Source: the human T2T-CHM13v2.0 reference genome, Homo sapiens. From it: 64,000 nt of DNA. The stretch lies in the NCBI RefSeq assembly GCF_009914755.1, contig NC_060936.1; one strand, written 5' to 3'. Below are positions 30,026 through 46,350 of the stretch, piece by piece (the stretch's first letter is position 1; the number at the start of each line of letters is the position of its first letter). The position numbers were made by a program, and so were the translations under genes. The notes under the pieces were generated by a model. The model was given only the letters and a program-made list of their open reading frames with translations. It was not told where the DNA came from and ran no database searches.

Positions 30026-32359
30026 TTTCTTATATGCTTACTATGTTACAGGCTCTTTTAAGGATTCTTTACTTATCTGATTTCATTTATTCCTCTCAAT
30101 AACTTTATGAGATATGAATTATTAGTCTCATCTTATACATAAGAAAATTAAGACCCAAGAAGTTTGGTTGCTTGACCAGGGTTACACTAGTACACTAGTA
30201 AACAGCTGACCCAGGCTTCTCATCCAGATCTGAATAATTCCAATCGTATGTTCTTTTAATCTCTTCTGAATTCCCCATACTGTGTTCAGAGGAATTTGTT
30301 TCAACACTCAAGCAGGGTTCTGTTCTCCCCCATACTGAAAAACAGAAAACTGGATTTTCCAGGTACTAACAGATATTCAATACGCATAGCCTCTCTCTCT
30401 CTTTTAGGGAATTTAATGGGCAAATTCATAGGAAAGGCTTGGAGAAGTCCTGTACTATTTTCAGTTTAATCCAGCTTTCACTGATTATGATCATCATTAT
30501 TTGATCATGAAACTTTTTGGTGGCAAAATACCCAATTCCTTGACAGTTGGAAGAGTTCCTTTACCCCCTCATCTGACCTAAGACCAGGACAAGGACTTCT
30601 GTCCCTAAGCAAGGTCTTTTTTTTTTCTTCAGGCAGCAAATAGTGATTTGACCTTAAGCCAACCAATAACCCAACCCCTTGCATCTCCGTGACATTCTTC
30701 TTCCACATGCCCTTCAGCTCCGTTTCTTCCCTGAACTGCAGGATGTCTCTGCAAGGCACAGAAGGTGCAGGGGCTACTGGACCTCCAAGAAGTGATGGAT
30801 TTGGTCTCCAAGTTGACCCCTTAAGAGATGGCTGCTGCCCTCTGTGGGTCTCATCACTGCAATCTTCTCATCCTATCTCCTGGCTCTGAGTCTCAAATGT
30901 TTACTGGCCCAGGGCAAGGACCCATTCCCATGGTATTCTAGATTCATGCCATCCATCTCCGACTCCACTGCTGGGTGGCAGGACAATGGCTTTGCGTCTG
31001 TGCTTCATCCCACAGACCCCAGCTTCTGCCTCAGGGAGGAATCCATCTGTACTTATTTCTCTAGATTCTTTTCCTCCCTCTTGTAGCTCTTTCTAAAAAT
31101 AGAGACAGACTGGCATAACCAACCAGCAATGAGCACTCCTGTGCTCGGAGGGATTTTATTTGTTGCCCCAGAAAGAGAAACTGCTTCTCCCCACCTGGAG
31201 CCAGGACCCAGGAGCCAATGGTGACACAGTAGTGCCTTCATCTGAGCGAGCCTCTCCACTCTGCAGCCTGCCCCACATTCCAGTCCCTGGTCCCACTCTG
31301 GTCCCACCACCCCCCACCCCCACCCCCACCCAGGGAGTCAACACATCATCTCTTTGCACTCCAGGCCCTGACTCACTGCATGGTTGGGGAGTGACGGCCA
31401 GGGAATCCACAGCCTCAGCTGATCCAGCCAGGCTTCCTACTCTGTACCACAGGGTACAGAGCCACCCCCCTGTGCCACTGGCTGGGGGATTTTTTTCCTA
31501 TGAGCTCAAATCGTAACAAATGATTAACGCACAGAAATGGCTGGAGTTGGCCTCCAGAACACGCACAAGGCAACTCTTTACTTAGTGAACAAAATGCACA
31601 GCTTAATGTAAGAGCTTGCCCTCTCCTTGGTCTCATCATCATCACCCAACTGCAGGCCCTGGACAAAGGGTAACCAGGGCTCTCTGGAATCCTGGACATG
31701 CCAGGTCAGAATTTGTGGATGATGTGTTAGGTTTTGATTGTCTTCTGATACAGAAACAGAATAGTGAAGGTTGAGGCTGGGAAAGAGAAGAGAAACCTAC
31801 CTCACTGAAAAGAGTAGGCAGCCTGGAAAAAGCTACCAGGACAATGAATACATAACAGAAATGAAGAGAGTCTTTCTCTCTTTCCCACCCATCTTTGTTC
31901 ATCATGCAGTAGAGAAACATTGATGGTAGGGAAGGAGTGAAGACAGAAGGGAAGGAACGAGAGCCTCAACTTCTGCTCTTCCCAAAGGGGGCCACCCTTG
32001 TGTCCTCTTCTTTCACCCCTTATTCATTTGGGCAGGTATCCCAGGACTGCCCGAGTCAGGGCTCACCATCACCACTGGTTGACAAGCACTCATGAAACGC
32101 ACAGCAACCTGAGCTCTGCCATTATTTATCTGCTGTGTGACGTTTCATGACCCAGAAGGAAAAAAAAATTGTTTAAGCTCCTCGTTACCAAATTTTACCT
32201 TGAAAAAATAAAACAGTTTTCAGAACTATGCTCATTACTTAGTCCACCCCTTTTTCCCCCTGGTCTCCAAAAGTTGGCCATTTAGATGTTCTCAGATGAA
32301 GACTCTTTGGTGGCTGTGGGGCAAAGAATTAACCTCAACCAAAGAGCGCCTTTGCAGCA

Positions 32360-32900
32360 GCTGGCCCCCCCACCCACCCCAGCTTCTGGGAAGTGATCTC
32401 CATAGAATGCCCTGCCTGATGGGAGTGTCTTTGTTTGCCTTGGGGCTTTGGCCGTTGGACAATCTTCTAACGAGATCTATGAAGGGGGTTTTGAGCCACA
32501 TTGTATCAGGTCTACCCCCAGAAGGGCTGGTGACTGAAGGTCAACCATGCAGGTGGAATGTGCTCAAGCCTCAGTAAAAACTCTGGACACAAGGCTTGCA
32601 TGAGTGTCCCTGGCTGGCAATACTCTGAACTTACTGTCACATGCCGATGCTGAGAAAGAAACACTGTCCTGGCTTGATGGAAGGAGGACACCCGGAAGCT
32701 CTGCGTTTGCTGCTTTCTGGGACCCCACCCTATGCATTTCTTCCCTTGGTTGAAGAAGGGACCTGCATCCCTTCCCTGTAATAAACCATAACCTTAAGTA
32801 CAACAGACTTTAGTGAGTTCTATGAGTCCTTCTAACAAATTATCGGGACCCTTGAATTTGCAATTGCTGTCAGAAGTGTAGATCAAGTTCCCACACTTCA
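32360..32900 (+). mobile_element. LTR, MER21/MER77-like
   Basis: gtaaaaactctggacac, ccctggctggcaatactc, tgtaataaaccataacc and gtgagttctatgagtccttcta motifs typical of this LTR group. Confidence 0.65.
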
Positions 32901-33131
32901 CAGTTGGTTAGCTCTTTACAGTTGGCCTAAAACTTCAGTGTTAATATTGATTAATAGATAAGTAGATGGCACCTCTCCTGGTGTGGTCATTCCTAATCTG
33001 GTACATTGACCTAATGAAGACTCCTAGTTCATGAAAAGATTAAACCTAGTAGTCAGCTTCTAGGATTGTATAAGTGTGAGTACAAATTGCCATGGTTCCA
33101 GGGTCACAACTTTTGGAAGTATTGACAGCTC

Positions 33132-35302
<2,171 letters not shown>

Positions 35303-36129
35303 TTAATGAAGACAGAAGCTAGGAGTTAAACAACCTTCCTCCATGCACCCTCAGTACTTGGTTCATGCTGTTGCCATTACGCTCATCACTCTCCACTCTA
35401 TGTCATGTGACTCAGTGCATATGACTGTGAGCTCCCTGAGAGAAGTGATCTTACTTACCTTTCACTCTGACAATCAGAGAAGAAAGTAACTCACTAAGTG
35501 TCTGATGAATTGCTGATCCTTCACAGACATAAGCAGTTGTGTCCATGAATACATGGTTATTACAACCCCATAAACAGGTTCTCTTTAAACTGTGAGCCCA
35601 CATAAAACTTTACAAGTCTCCTGTTCCTCTCTAAGAAGATATTCAAAAGGAAAAATCAACACAGAGGCAGCAGAGCATACTGCCAAGAGCACACGTGTGG
35701 GATTTGGAAACCATGGTTCTAGGATAGCACCATATTCCTATGTGGCTGCATGATCTTAGGCAAGTCACTTGACCTGAGACTAGGTCATCTCATCCATAAG
35801 GCAGTGAGAAATATTGTACCCTCTGGCCATGTTACAGTAGGTAATAATTATAAAGCATGTACTATTAAATAGTTCAGATTCCACAAACATTTTCTAAGCA
35901 TCTGCTATGTGTTAGATACTCTGGAGGGCACTTCCATGCCACTGTTCCATGCCATGAAGTCCTCATATTCTGGCATTAAGGGGAAATAATGGGAAGGGGC
36001 TGGGAGTGGGAATAGAGATGACACAAAACTGGGAGCTGACAATTACTGAAGTTGGATGAAAGAAAGTGAAGTTTCACTACATTGTTTTCCCTATTATTTC
36101 ATGTTTTTGAAATGTTCCACATGTATTAA

Positions 36130-36451
<322 letters not shown>

Positions 36452-38178
36452 TAAACAATCCTCTCAACAATTATGTAAGGTGGGTCTCCATGGTCTCACT
36501 TTACCCATGGAAAACCAAGGCTCAAAGCGACAGAAGCCTGAGGTTTCCACAGAATGTTAGAGGCAGAGTCGTGTCTAGAGCCCAGGTTCCCTGCCTCCAT
36601 GCAACTTCACACTTCCCACCTCCCTAGATTGTGATGCATGGCTGGCATCTGCCCTCTCAGAAGCACACTTGCCCTCAGAAAGGGGCTCCTCAAGGTAGAG
36701 GTTTGTGTCTACAAGAGGTAGACCACTGTAAGCAATGAGGGGAACAGGTCCCCACCTTCCTTTCCAGTGCTGGGACCTCTTTCTACACTCATTATGAAAA
36801 ATTCAAGAAATATGGGGGTTCCTCAAAGTCACTATCATCATCTGTGGACATCTGCTGAGTCCCCAAAGCACTGGGCAGGCATTGCTGAAGCATGCAAAGG
36901 TATACATAACACACAGGGCTTCCCACAGCAACCTCCTCCAACCCATTCACAATAAATATTTTAAAGTGTATTAGCAAACTCTGCCGAGACAAAAAGCTCA
37001 TTGCAACAGTCTTTGTCCTCCAAAGGAATTGCTCTACAGTACAAAGAAAGAGAGGTTTTCTCATCTCTTCTGCAAAGGAAGGAACTGTGTGGGGGGTGGC
37101 GGGGGGGAGTGGCGTGTGTGTGTGAGTGTGTGTGTGTGCATCTCAGGGCAGAGGGGGCAGGTTGAGCTGAGCACAGAGAGAACTACATTTTTCTAAAGCC
37201 ACCCTAGGGACATGCCCATCTGCAGCTCTGGGGCTGGCTGCAGCTTGCATTTGTTTGGAAGTTCAATCCTGGGATGTATACAATTTTCCCCAAATAACCC
37301 CTTGGAGGGAAAAATAACACAGTGCAAATGACAATACTCGAAAGCCTAGAGATATACTCAGCCATTTTCTTTATGATGACCATATTTTGCCAAAGTCTGT
37401 GTCCTGGAAGTCTCTCCCCATCCATTAATGCAGTCACCTAATGGATTTCTTTCCCTTCCCATGTGTTAACTTTTCCTTGAGCTCTTGCAGCAACACATTG
37501 CTTGGCCAAACCAGAATACACCAGGGAGCTTGGAAGATATTGCTCAGTCACCTCTGCAACCTCAGAAACTCCCTCTGGTGCCTGTGGTGTCACACGCCAC
37601 ATCCACATAGCATTGCACATGGTGATCCCTAGGTTCTCGCTGAGGACTGGAAGGGACAGCCTAAAGGTTTCATCCAAGTTTCCACCTTAAGCTCTATCTC
37701 GGTCTGCAGGTCAACTGACTCTTCAAGCCTCCATTCCCCACCGCACCAATTCCCCACAGCACTGCCAAGGTTTTTCACAGAGCCAAGAGATAATCAGCAG
37801 AGCAAAAGCTAAACCCAAAGCCATGCTCCCTACCCTCCAATCCAGGAAATGTAAAAATATATCAACTTTAAGGCCCTGGAAAAAAAGTCAAAACCAAGCT
37901 CTATAATTGTGGTCTGTTTACAAGGCATGCTGAGTTGTCGGTGCATTCTCAGAGAGGCTGTTCATGTCTCATGGAGCCGGGGAACTATGTTAATGGTAAC
38001 AGAAGTCTTCATGTTCTGCAGTCTGTGCCCTTCTGAACACTCTTGGTTTGAAAAGCAAAGTCCTTAGGTTGGAGAATCAAATTCACAAATGTCTCCTTCA
38101 GTTCACTTTCCTTCAGTTGAGTTTGGACCCAGAGTGTGGACCCATGGAGGTCAGCTACCTGGTTTAAGGGAGTCAGCT

Positions 38179-38251
38179 CGTGTGTGTGTGTGTGTGTGCA
38201 CATGCATGTGTGTGTGCACATGTGTGTATGTCTCTGTGTGTATGCACACAC
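38179..38251. repeat. (TG)n/(CA)n alternating purine-pyrimidine tract
   Basis: Read directly from sequence. Confidence 0.85.
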
Positions 38252-41200
38252 ATTTTCACAAATAAGAAAGTAGACAAAGCAGAAGAGATCCAATACAGTG
38301 AAAAATCTCTGCCCAGTGACCTGGCACTGAGGAATATCATCCACCCCAGGCAAGAGTCTAGAAATGAACAATTTAAGGATAGTTTGGGAGCACTTAGAAA
38401 AAAAATTAATGATTAGGAAGAGCCAACATCAGTATAATAGAACAGGTAATGCCAACACGACTTTCTTTTTGTTTGGAAGTTCTACATAGTCTTATGTCTG
38501 GATTTTAGGAGGCCCTTCCCACGAATTAAATTTTTAAATAGGTAATGTATTCCTACGGTTCAACAAAACCCAATATATCCATGGGGAGGAATCTTCCTCC
38601 CATCTATGTCTCCATCTGCCCAGGTCTCACTCCTACCTCTCCACTCCCCATAGGTAACCATGATTATTAATTTCTTGAATAAGCTTATGGATGTCATTGT
38701 GAACATGGAAGCAAATACAAATGTGTGTGCATGTTCATTCTTATTTTCTCCCTTTTTTATGCAAAAGGGGCACACTGAACCCCTTGCTCAGCAAGGCTTT
38801 TGTGGAGGGCTCATGCTAGTTTTGTGGACAAGAAATGGGGACTAGATGACACCATGCAGTAGCAGGCATGTGGCTAGCTCAGTGCAGAACCAGAAGTGGA
38901 ATCTAGCCTGCTGACTTTTTGTCCTAGGTCCTTCCCGCTTGTCTCCTGGGTCTGTGTTTGCCCACACAAGGGAGTACTTAAGAAGCATTGGCAGGCCTCT
39001 GGGAAGCAGTTTGTCCTTGTAAGTGGTTTAAAATCTCCCCTTGGCAATCTTGCATATAGCACTCATTTGCTTGGTAAACCTTTTTTCTCATAGATCACGG
39101 AAAGGTAAACTTTGAGCCCTTTGCTCTTTAAGTGAATAAAATGGCCTAACTGTACTAAAGCTTTATCCCAGTGCTTGGTTCATAGTAGCCACTTCATAAA
39201 ATAAACATTAGTTGAATCTGAATGATCACTACATTCCATTTTAATGGTACTTGGATTAAAGAGATTCATCCTAAAGAGACAGGGAATTGGATCATTTCAG
39301 AACCAGTCCCGTGATGGTTTACTTTGGTAGCACAGCCCTTCTCAAGCCAGTGGTCACTTCCTATTCTCCTGCCAGAGAAGCAGAAACAACAGCTTCCTTT
39401 GTATTCAGTATTGATTTAGGGTATCGCATGGGTCCTTATGACTACCTGCTGGCAATATTCAGTCCAGCCCATGGACAAAGCTGAGCTGGAAGAGCAGGGA
39501 GTCAAGGGAGGTCAAGAGACAGGGCAAGGCTTGGGGAAGGAGTGAGAAGTCCTCTTCCAGGACCAACTTACCCACTCCTCTTCTGGTTCTCTGAGACCAC
39601 CCTCCTCTCCTTTTCATCTCTGAGGCATCCTTACCAACCAGCAGTTCCTCTGCTCTAACATCAGCTTGATCTTTAAGGCTTGCCTCAGTCACATGCAAAA
39701 GAGGGTGATCCCATAGAGAAAAAAATATTTAGCTAAGATTCCAAAAGTGAGGGCAAATCCCTGGGAATTTGCTGTTTTTGAAGTAGACTATTACCACTCT
39801 CCACTATAGGTAATTTTAAGTTTGCAGTAGCTAATGGGCAAAGGAAAGAAGAGTAAAATAAAATTGTCATGGGATGGTAACTTCCTACATTAACCTGCAA
39901 GGTATCCACCTTTTCCAGGCCACCAGAGAATCTAAGTTCAAGTCCCCAAACAGGGAACTGGGCTCTCATCCTAATTCTTCCTTAAGGAGCCAACACAGTC
40001 ATTACCTCCACATAAACATGTCAACTCTCCCCACGCACAACCATGAGAAATCTCTCCCAGCCAGCCAGAATGGAAGGAACTAACAGCTTTTGGCAAGCAG
40101 CACGGTCTCACATACAGAAAGTGGCTGGCACGTGGCTTGCACTCAGGTCACAGCCTTCTATCGGCTGTCGTGGCCACCTCTTCTTAGAAGAAGCTCTCCC
40201 CAGGAAAAGCACAGAATTCTGCTGGGTCACAGAGCTCCTCAGGTGTCAGTTCCAGCCACTCCCAACACACTTCAGGTGGGCCACCTTGACTGCAGTGGTT
40301 ATGATTGCTGGGTTTGAATCCTGTCTCTGTCACTTGATTCTGGATCATTATTTCAATTCTCTAAGCCTCAGTTTCCACATCTGTAAAACCCTGTCCCCTG
40401 GGGAAGTTGTGAAGAGTAGAGGAAATTATCCTTGCAAAATGCTTAGCAGAGTATTGGTAGGTTGTTAGTGCTGAGTAAATAGTACTTATTTTATCATCAT
40501 CATTACGGCTCTTAGGAACCCACAGCCTGTGAGGTGGGAGGCAGTACTGCAGCTTGAAAGCTAAGGGATGGGCAGTCGAGTTGCCCAAGGTCACTCTGCA
40601 GCCTTACTGGAATGAAAGCTCCATAGAATAGGGGGGTTGCCTGTTGTGTTCCCCAAACCTACAACAGTTCCTGACCCTCCATCAATACAAGCTGAATGAA
40701 TGAATAGATGGATGGATGAATGAATGTAACTGAGAAGATGGAATTTGAGCCTAGGTCAGTGTGACTCCATGGTCAGATGCTACACTCTTCCTGCTCCGTT
40801 TCCACAGACACACACACATATACACACATATCCTATTTGTCCTTGTAAAACCAGCATCTTCCAAGAGTTTTCTGCCAGCTGCAGCTCATCATACCCATCT
40901 CTTCCCATCGTGCTTCCATGATACACACAGTCTCTGCCACACAATATAACAATTTATTAGACCTCAAACTCTCTGGGGGCAGAGACCACTTCTGAGCCAC
41001 TGGACTTCTTAGTCTCAGTCTCAGCTTAAATCAGGCTCTTAAGAAGCACTTTCTGGTTGGCTGGCTTCTTTTGGGGGAAAGGGAGCCAATTGTCACCTCC
41101 TCCAGACCCTCGTATTTCCAAACCCTAGCCTTTCTTATAGGAAAGAGGAAGGGAACTCAACTTTACGTTTGACATTTTTCGCTGAGGAGCCACACTTGTC

Positions 41201-42303
41201 CTTGGCCTCGTAACCCATTCCCTTGCCTTGCTGTCGTCAGTTCTCAGATCTGCCCTAAGGTTGGGATATAGGATAACTCTGTCCTGACAGACAGGAGATG
41301 TGCTTCCAAGACCCAGCTCTGTCATTACTTGCTATAGGAATGTTCTCCTTCTGGGATTCAGTTTTTTCATCTGTAAAATAAAGATCTCAATGATCTGTGC
41401 ATTCTCATCTGCTGTGGCCATTTGTGCAACTCATGTGCTTGCCCCAGTCTCAGGGCCACGGAGAGTGGGACACATGTACTTCCAGTTGTACGGCCCTTCT
41501 GAGACTGGGAGGCCTGTCTTGGTCCCACCCTAGCCTCCTCCTTCCACGAGTTTCCACACTTATTTCTCTCCAGGCCTCTCCTGGACACAGGGCTCTGGAC
41601 TCGGAGCCACATCACATCTTCCAGGCTGACAATTCTGGGCACCACTTTGTTCCCCTTCCTCATCTGGGTTTCTGCTCCTCACCAGGGATGAGATATGCTG
41701 ACCTTCCCAGTCACAGGATCAAGAGCAGACAAAGTTGCAGCAAAAGTCACTGATGGCCTCTCCTGGAGGGGAAGATGTTCTCTGGGCACCCAGATACCAA
41801 AGCAAGAAATATGCGTTTAGAAAGGCGTCAAGCCACAGAAACAAGATCTCATGGACATATGGAGAGAAATGAAAAGAACACTCAGCCATGGCTTAGATAA
41901 AAGGCAAACATGCTGGGCAGTCACTTGAACAGGCAGGGGATGAACAACAAAAAGATGCCCCTCTGTTTGGTTTTAGAAGCATCGTGCCAAAACGCCAGGC
42001 TAAGTATGGCTCCCTGTTCACAATAATTATTGAGTAGAAAACTCAGGTCACAAAATGTACAGTACATCTCGTTTTATTTACACCCACAAGCACACACATG
42101 CATGCAAGGATTAGGAGAAACTATACCAAAATGTTAACGGTGGTCAAATTCAGAATAATTGTTCTTTGCTTTTTTTCTAAAGAACTTATGTGAGTTTCCA
42201 TTTTTTTTTCCTGCAGTAAACAAAGATTATTTTGTAAAGAGAAAAAATATAGTAACTTATTTTTAAATGCCCCTCATCCTAAGTTTTTGAAAGTAGAATA
42301 CTA

Positions 42304-42897
<594 letters not shown>

Positions 42898-44339
42898 TCA
42901 AGCCACTTACTATTTCAGAATATAAGCAAGAAATTATTCTGTCCCTAAAATCTAGAGACCCAAAAAGGTAAAGTGGTGTTACCATCCATGTGGAGCTGAT
43001 GTCCTCCTTCAAGGAAAAAGAAAGTTCACAGCACCCAAATCCCCTCTCTATCCCTATTCTTCTCCCATCTTAGGAAGAAACAAACTTGCAGAAAGGGGAG
43101 CAACAGATGTTCTGATTCCGCTGAGACCTCTGGGTAAGTGCCTCTGATGAGTTGGGAAACTTCTCTATGCTGTTCTCCACTCTGAGGAGCAGAGTGGAGA
43201 GGAGCATGAGAATCCCACCCACCTCCATCCCTGACCATACCACTGCACCACCCATGCCTACTGGAGGTCAAGCATTGGGAGAGAGGAAGGCTCAGCTACC
43301 ATACCCAAAGGAAATGACTACCAGTGAGGATTTACACCTTTCAAAAGGTGCTTCATTCCTGGGAAAGAGAAAAGAAGCATTTGTCCCGGCTTTTCTTCAA
43401 TGGAAAATAGGGCCCTCTTCCCTGCCGTTCCCACTTCCAGCATGGGGGCAATTTCCTCAGACGGCTCCCCTTCTCCCATAGGCCACATCCTCTTAGCATC
43501 TTAGAAAGGGACGAGCAGCAGAGTGGCATTTCAATGAATGGAAGGTTGTGAAAACAAACCTGCAGTTTGGACAAGATAAGCAGGAGGGAAGATCAGAGAG
43601 GTAGGGAAGAAATGTACCCAGGGAAGAGTGAGAATGAGGGCACCCAGCTTCCCACCCTTAAGCCATCAAACCCCTCAGGTCTGATGTGGACCAAGCTCGC
43701 TTCTTTGTGAGAAGCACTACTTTTCAGTCCTGATTCAGAGGTAGTGGTCGCTAGATAATTGATGCTGGCAGATTTTTACATGTAGGTTCCTGGGGTGGCC
43801 TTAAAGATGTCCTGACGCTGATTGAGAAAGACTTAGTTTGGAACATGGGCTGCATACGCTTGATGGCTATATCTCTACCCTCCACCAGATGTGACAGCAT
43901 CATTTACATTAGGAATTCTGAAGGGCTGTCCAACCAGAGATCTGGACAAGTGCCTGGACACTGGCTCCAAGCCTGCCCACACTTGAGCCGAGATCCTCAG
44001 GGCGCCAACTGGGTGGCAGGGGTATCTCCAGGCTCTGGGTTAGGAAGCCAAATTCTCGGCCTTCTCTTTGCCAGAGGAAAGATGGACACATTTGGGGCCA
44101 CAGTTTTTATGTAAAAAGATATATAAAGGCAAAGACTGGGGACTGAGTTCAAAATTTTCCAAGGGATTTACTGGAACGCATTTCTGAGGGGGACTGAATG
44201 CTGTCTTCTGTGCTACGTGGAATTAGAAGGGCTTGCAATTGGTGAAGTAAACATATCTAAAGAGTATTGATTAATGAAATGATGAAAGAAAATCCTTGAC
44301 TTTCTTTCTCCTTCTCCTGCCACTCTCTTTCACCTTCTC

Positions 44340-46350
44340 CTGATCAACATTTTTTATCAGTGATTTGGATAAAGAAAAACCCAGCTTAAAATTTGCAGAT
44401 ATCACTAGGTTGGAAAGCAGATAAAACACTGCTTGGCAGCAGGTATATCCGTGAAGATCTCAGGTGCCTAGCAAGGTTGGCTGAACTTAACAAGGGACAT
44501 TTGAACTGGTCAACTGTAAGGATCTACATTTAGGTTCAGAAAAGCATGCGAGTGGGTATAGCTCACATCAATGCCAGCTCAGGTGGACAAGCATTCAGGG
44601 AGCCAGTTGAATCTGAACTCGGCATAAGCCAAAAGTGTGACACGACCTCTAAAACTCAGACAGCATTGACATATGTGTAACATTTGGAGCAAATTAAGTA
44701 AGAGTCCTTCCTTACACTTTGTACAAAAATTAACTCAAGATGGATTAAATACTTAAATGTAAAATCCCAAACTATAAAAACCCTAAAAGAAAATCTAGGC
44801 AATACAATTCAGAACACAGACACAAACAAAGATTTCACGATGAAAATGTCAAAAGCAATCGCAACAAAAGCAAAAATTGACAAATAAGATCTAATTAAGC
44901 TAAAGAGCTTCTGCACAGCAAAAGAAACTATCATCAGAGTGAATAGATGACCCGCAGAATGGGAGAAAATTTTTGCAACCTATCCATCTGACAAAGGTCT
45001 AATATCCAGAATCTACAAGGAACTTAAGCAAATTTACAAGAAGAAAACAAACAACCCCATTAAAAAGTGGGCAGAGGACATAAACAGACACTTCTCAAAA
45101 GAAGACATACATGCAGCCAACAAATATATGAAAAAAGCTCAATATCACTGATCATTATAAAAATGCAAATCAAAAACCACAATGAGATACCATCACATGC
45201 CCGTCAGAATGGCTATCATTAAAAAGTCAAAAAACAACAGATGTTGGTGAGGTTAGGAAGAAATAGGAATGCTTTACACTTTTGATGGGAATGTAAATTA
45301 CTTCAGCCGTTGTGGAAGACAGCGTGGCGATTCCTCAAAGACCTAGAACCAGAAATACCATTTGACCCAGCAATCCCATTATGGGATGTATAATGCAAGG
45401 AATATAAATCATTCTATTATAAAGACACATGCACACATATATTCATTGCAGCACTATTCACAATAGCAAAGACATGGAATTAACCTAAATGCCCATCAAT
45501 GATAGACTAGATAAAGAAAATGTGGTACAGATACGCCATAGAACACTATGCAGCCATAAAAAGGAATGAGATCATGTCCTTTGCATGGACATGGATGGAG
45601 TTGGAAGCCATTATTCTCGGCAAACTAACACAGAAACAGAAACCAAACACCGCATGTTCTCACTTATAAGTGGAAGCTGAATGATGAGAACACATGGACA
45701 CACTGGGGGAACAACACACACTGGGGCCTGTTGGTGGTGGTTATGGTGGGAGGAAGAGCATCAGGAAGAATAGCTAATGGATGCTGGGCTTCATTCCTAG
45801 CTGATGGGATGATCTGTGCAGCAAACCACCATGACACACTTTTACCTGTGTAACAAACCTGTATATTCTGCACATGTGCCCCAGAACTTAAAATAAAAGT
45901 TAATGAAAAGAAAAAGAATCCACCTGCACCCACTTTTGGAGTTTCTATCTGGGACCTACAATTAAGAGGGATATTGAAAAAAAGGAAAGAGGGGCCAGAC
46001 TAGGAGAGGGTCTGGAAACATTGTTAAGTAAGGAACGGCTAAAATAAATGCAAGTGCTTTGGTAGGAATGGAAGATACTCAAGCAAGGCAGAACGGCTGC
46101 CTTCAAACATCTGAAGAACGGCCGTGTGGAGCTGGCTCTGCCTCCTCTGTGTGGGCTCAGAGAGCTGCCTTAGGAGACATGGAAATTGTGGGCTCCCTGA
46201 TCAAAAGGGGGAACAAGCTGCATTATAAAGTAGTGAATTCGACATCCCTAGAAGTATTCAAACAGACACTAAATGAGCACCTGCCAGAAATATGTAGAAA
46301 CATTACTGAAAGCCCCTAAATTGTCCCTTCCAACTGGGACTCTATAAATT
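44340..46350 (+). mobile_element. L3/CR1 relic split by an L1PA insertion
   Basis: tttttatcagtgatttggat...aaatttgcagat (CR1 RT-like) on the left; gaagtattcaaacag...gtcccttccaact (CR1 3' end) on the right. Confidence 0.65.
44706..45915 (+). mobile_element. 5'-truncated L1PA (about 1.2 kb)
   Basis: acaaaaattaactcaagatggattaaa...3' UTR...aaaataaaagttaatgaaaagaaaaag. Confidence 0.95.

Noticed and set aside
40393-40404. EBF/Olf-1-like site TCCCCTGGGGA, attractive because ANO2 is expressed in olfactory neurons
   Set aside because: It lies within a MIR remnant, and single short motifs are expected by chance in 64 kb.
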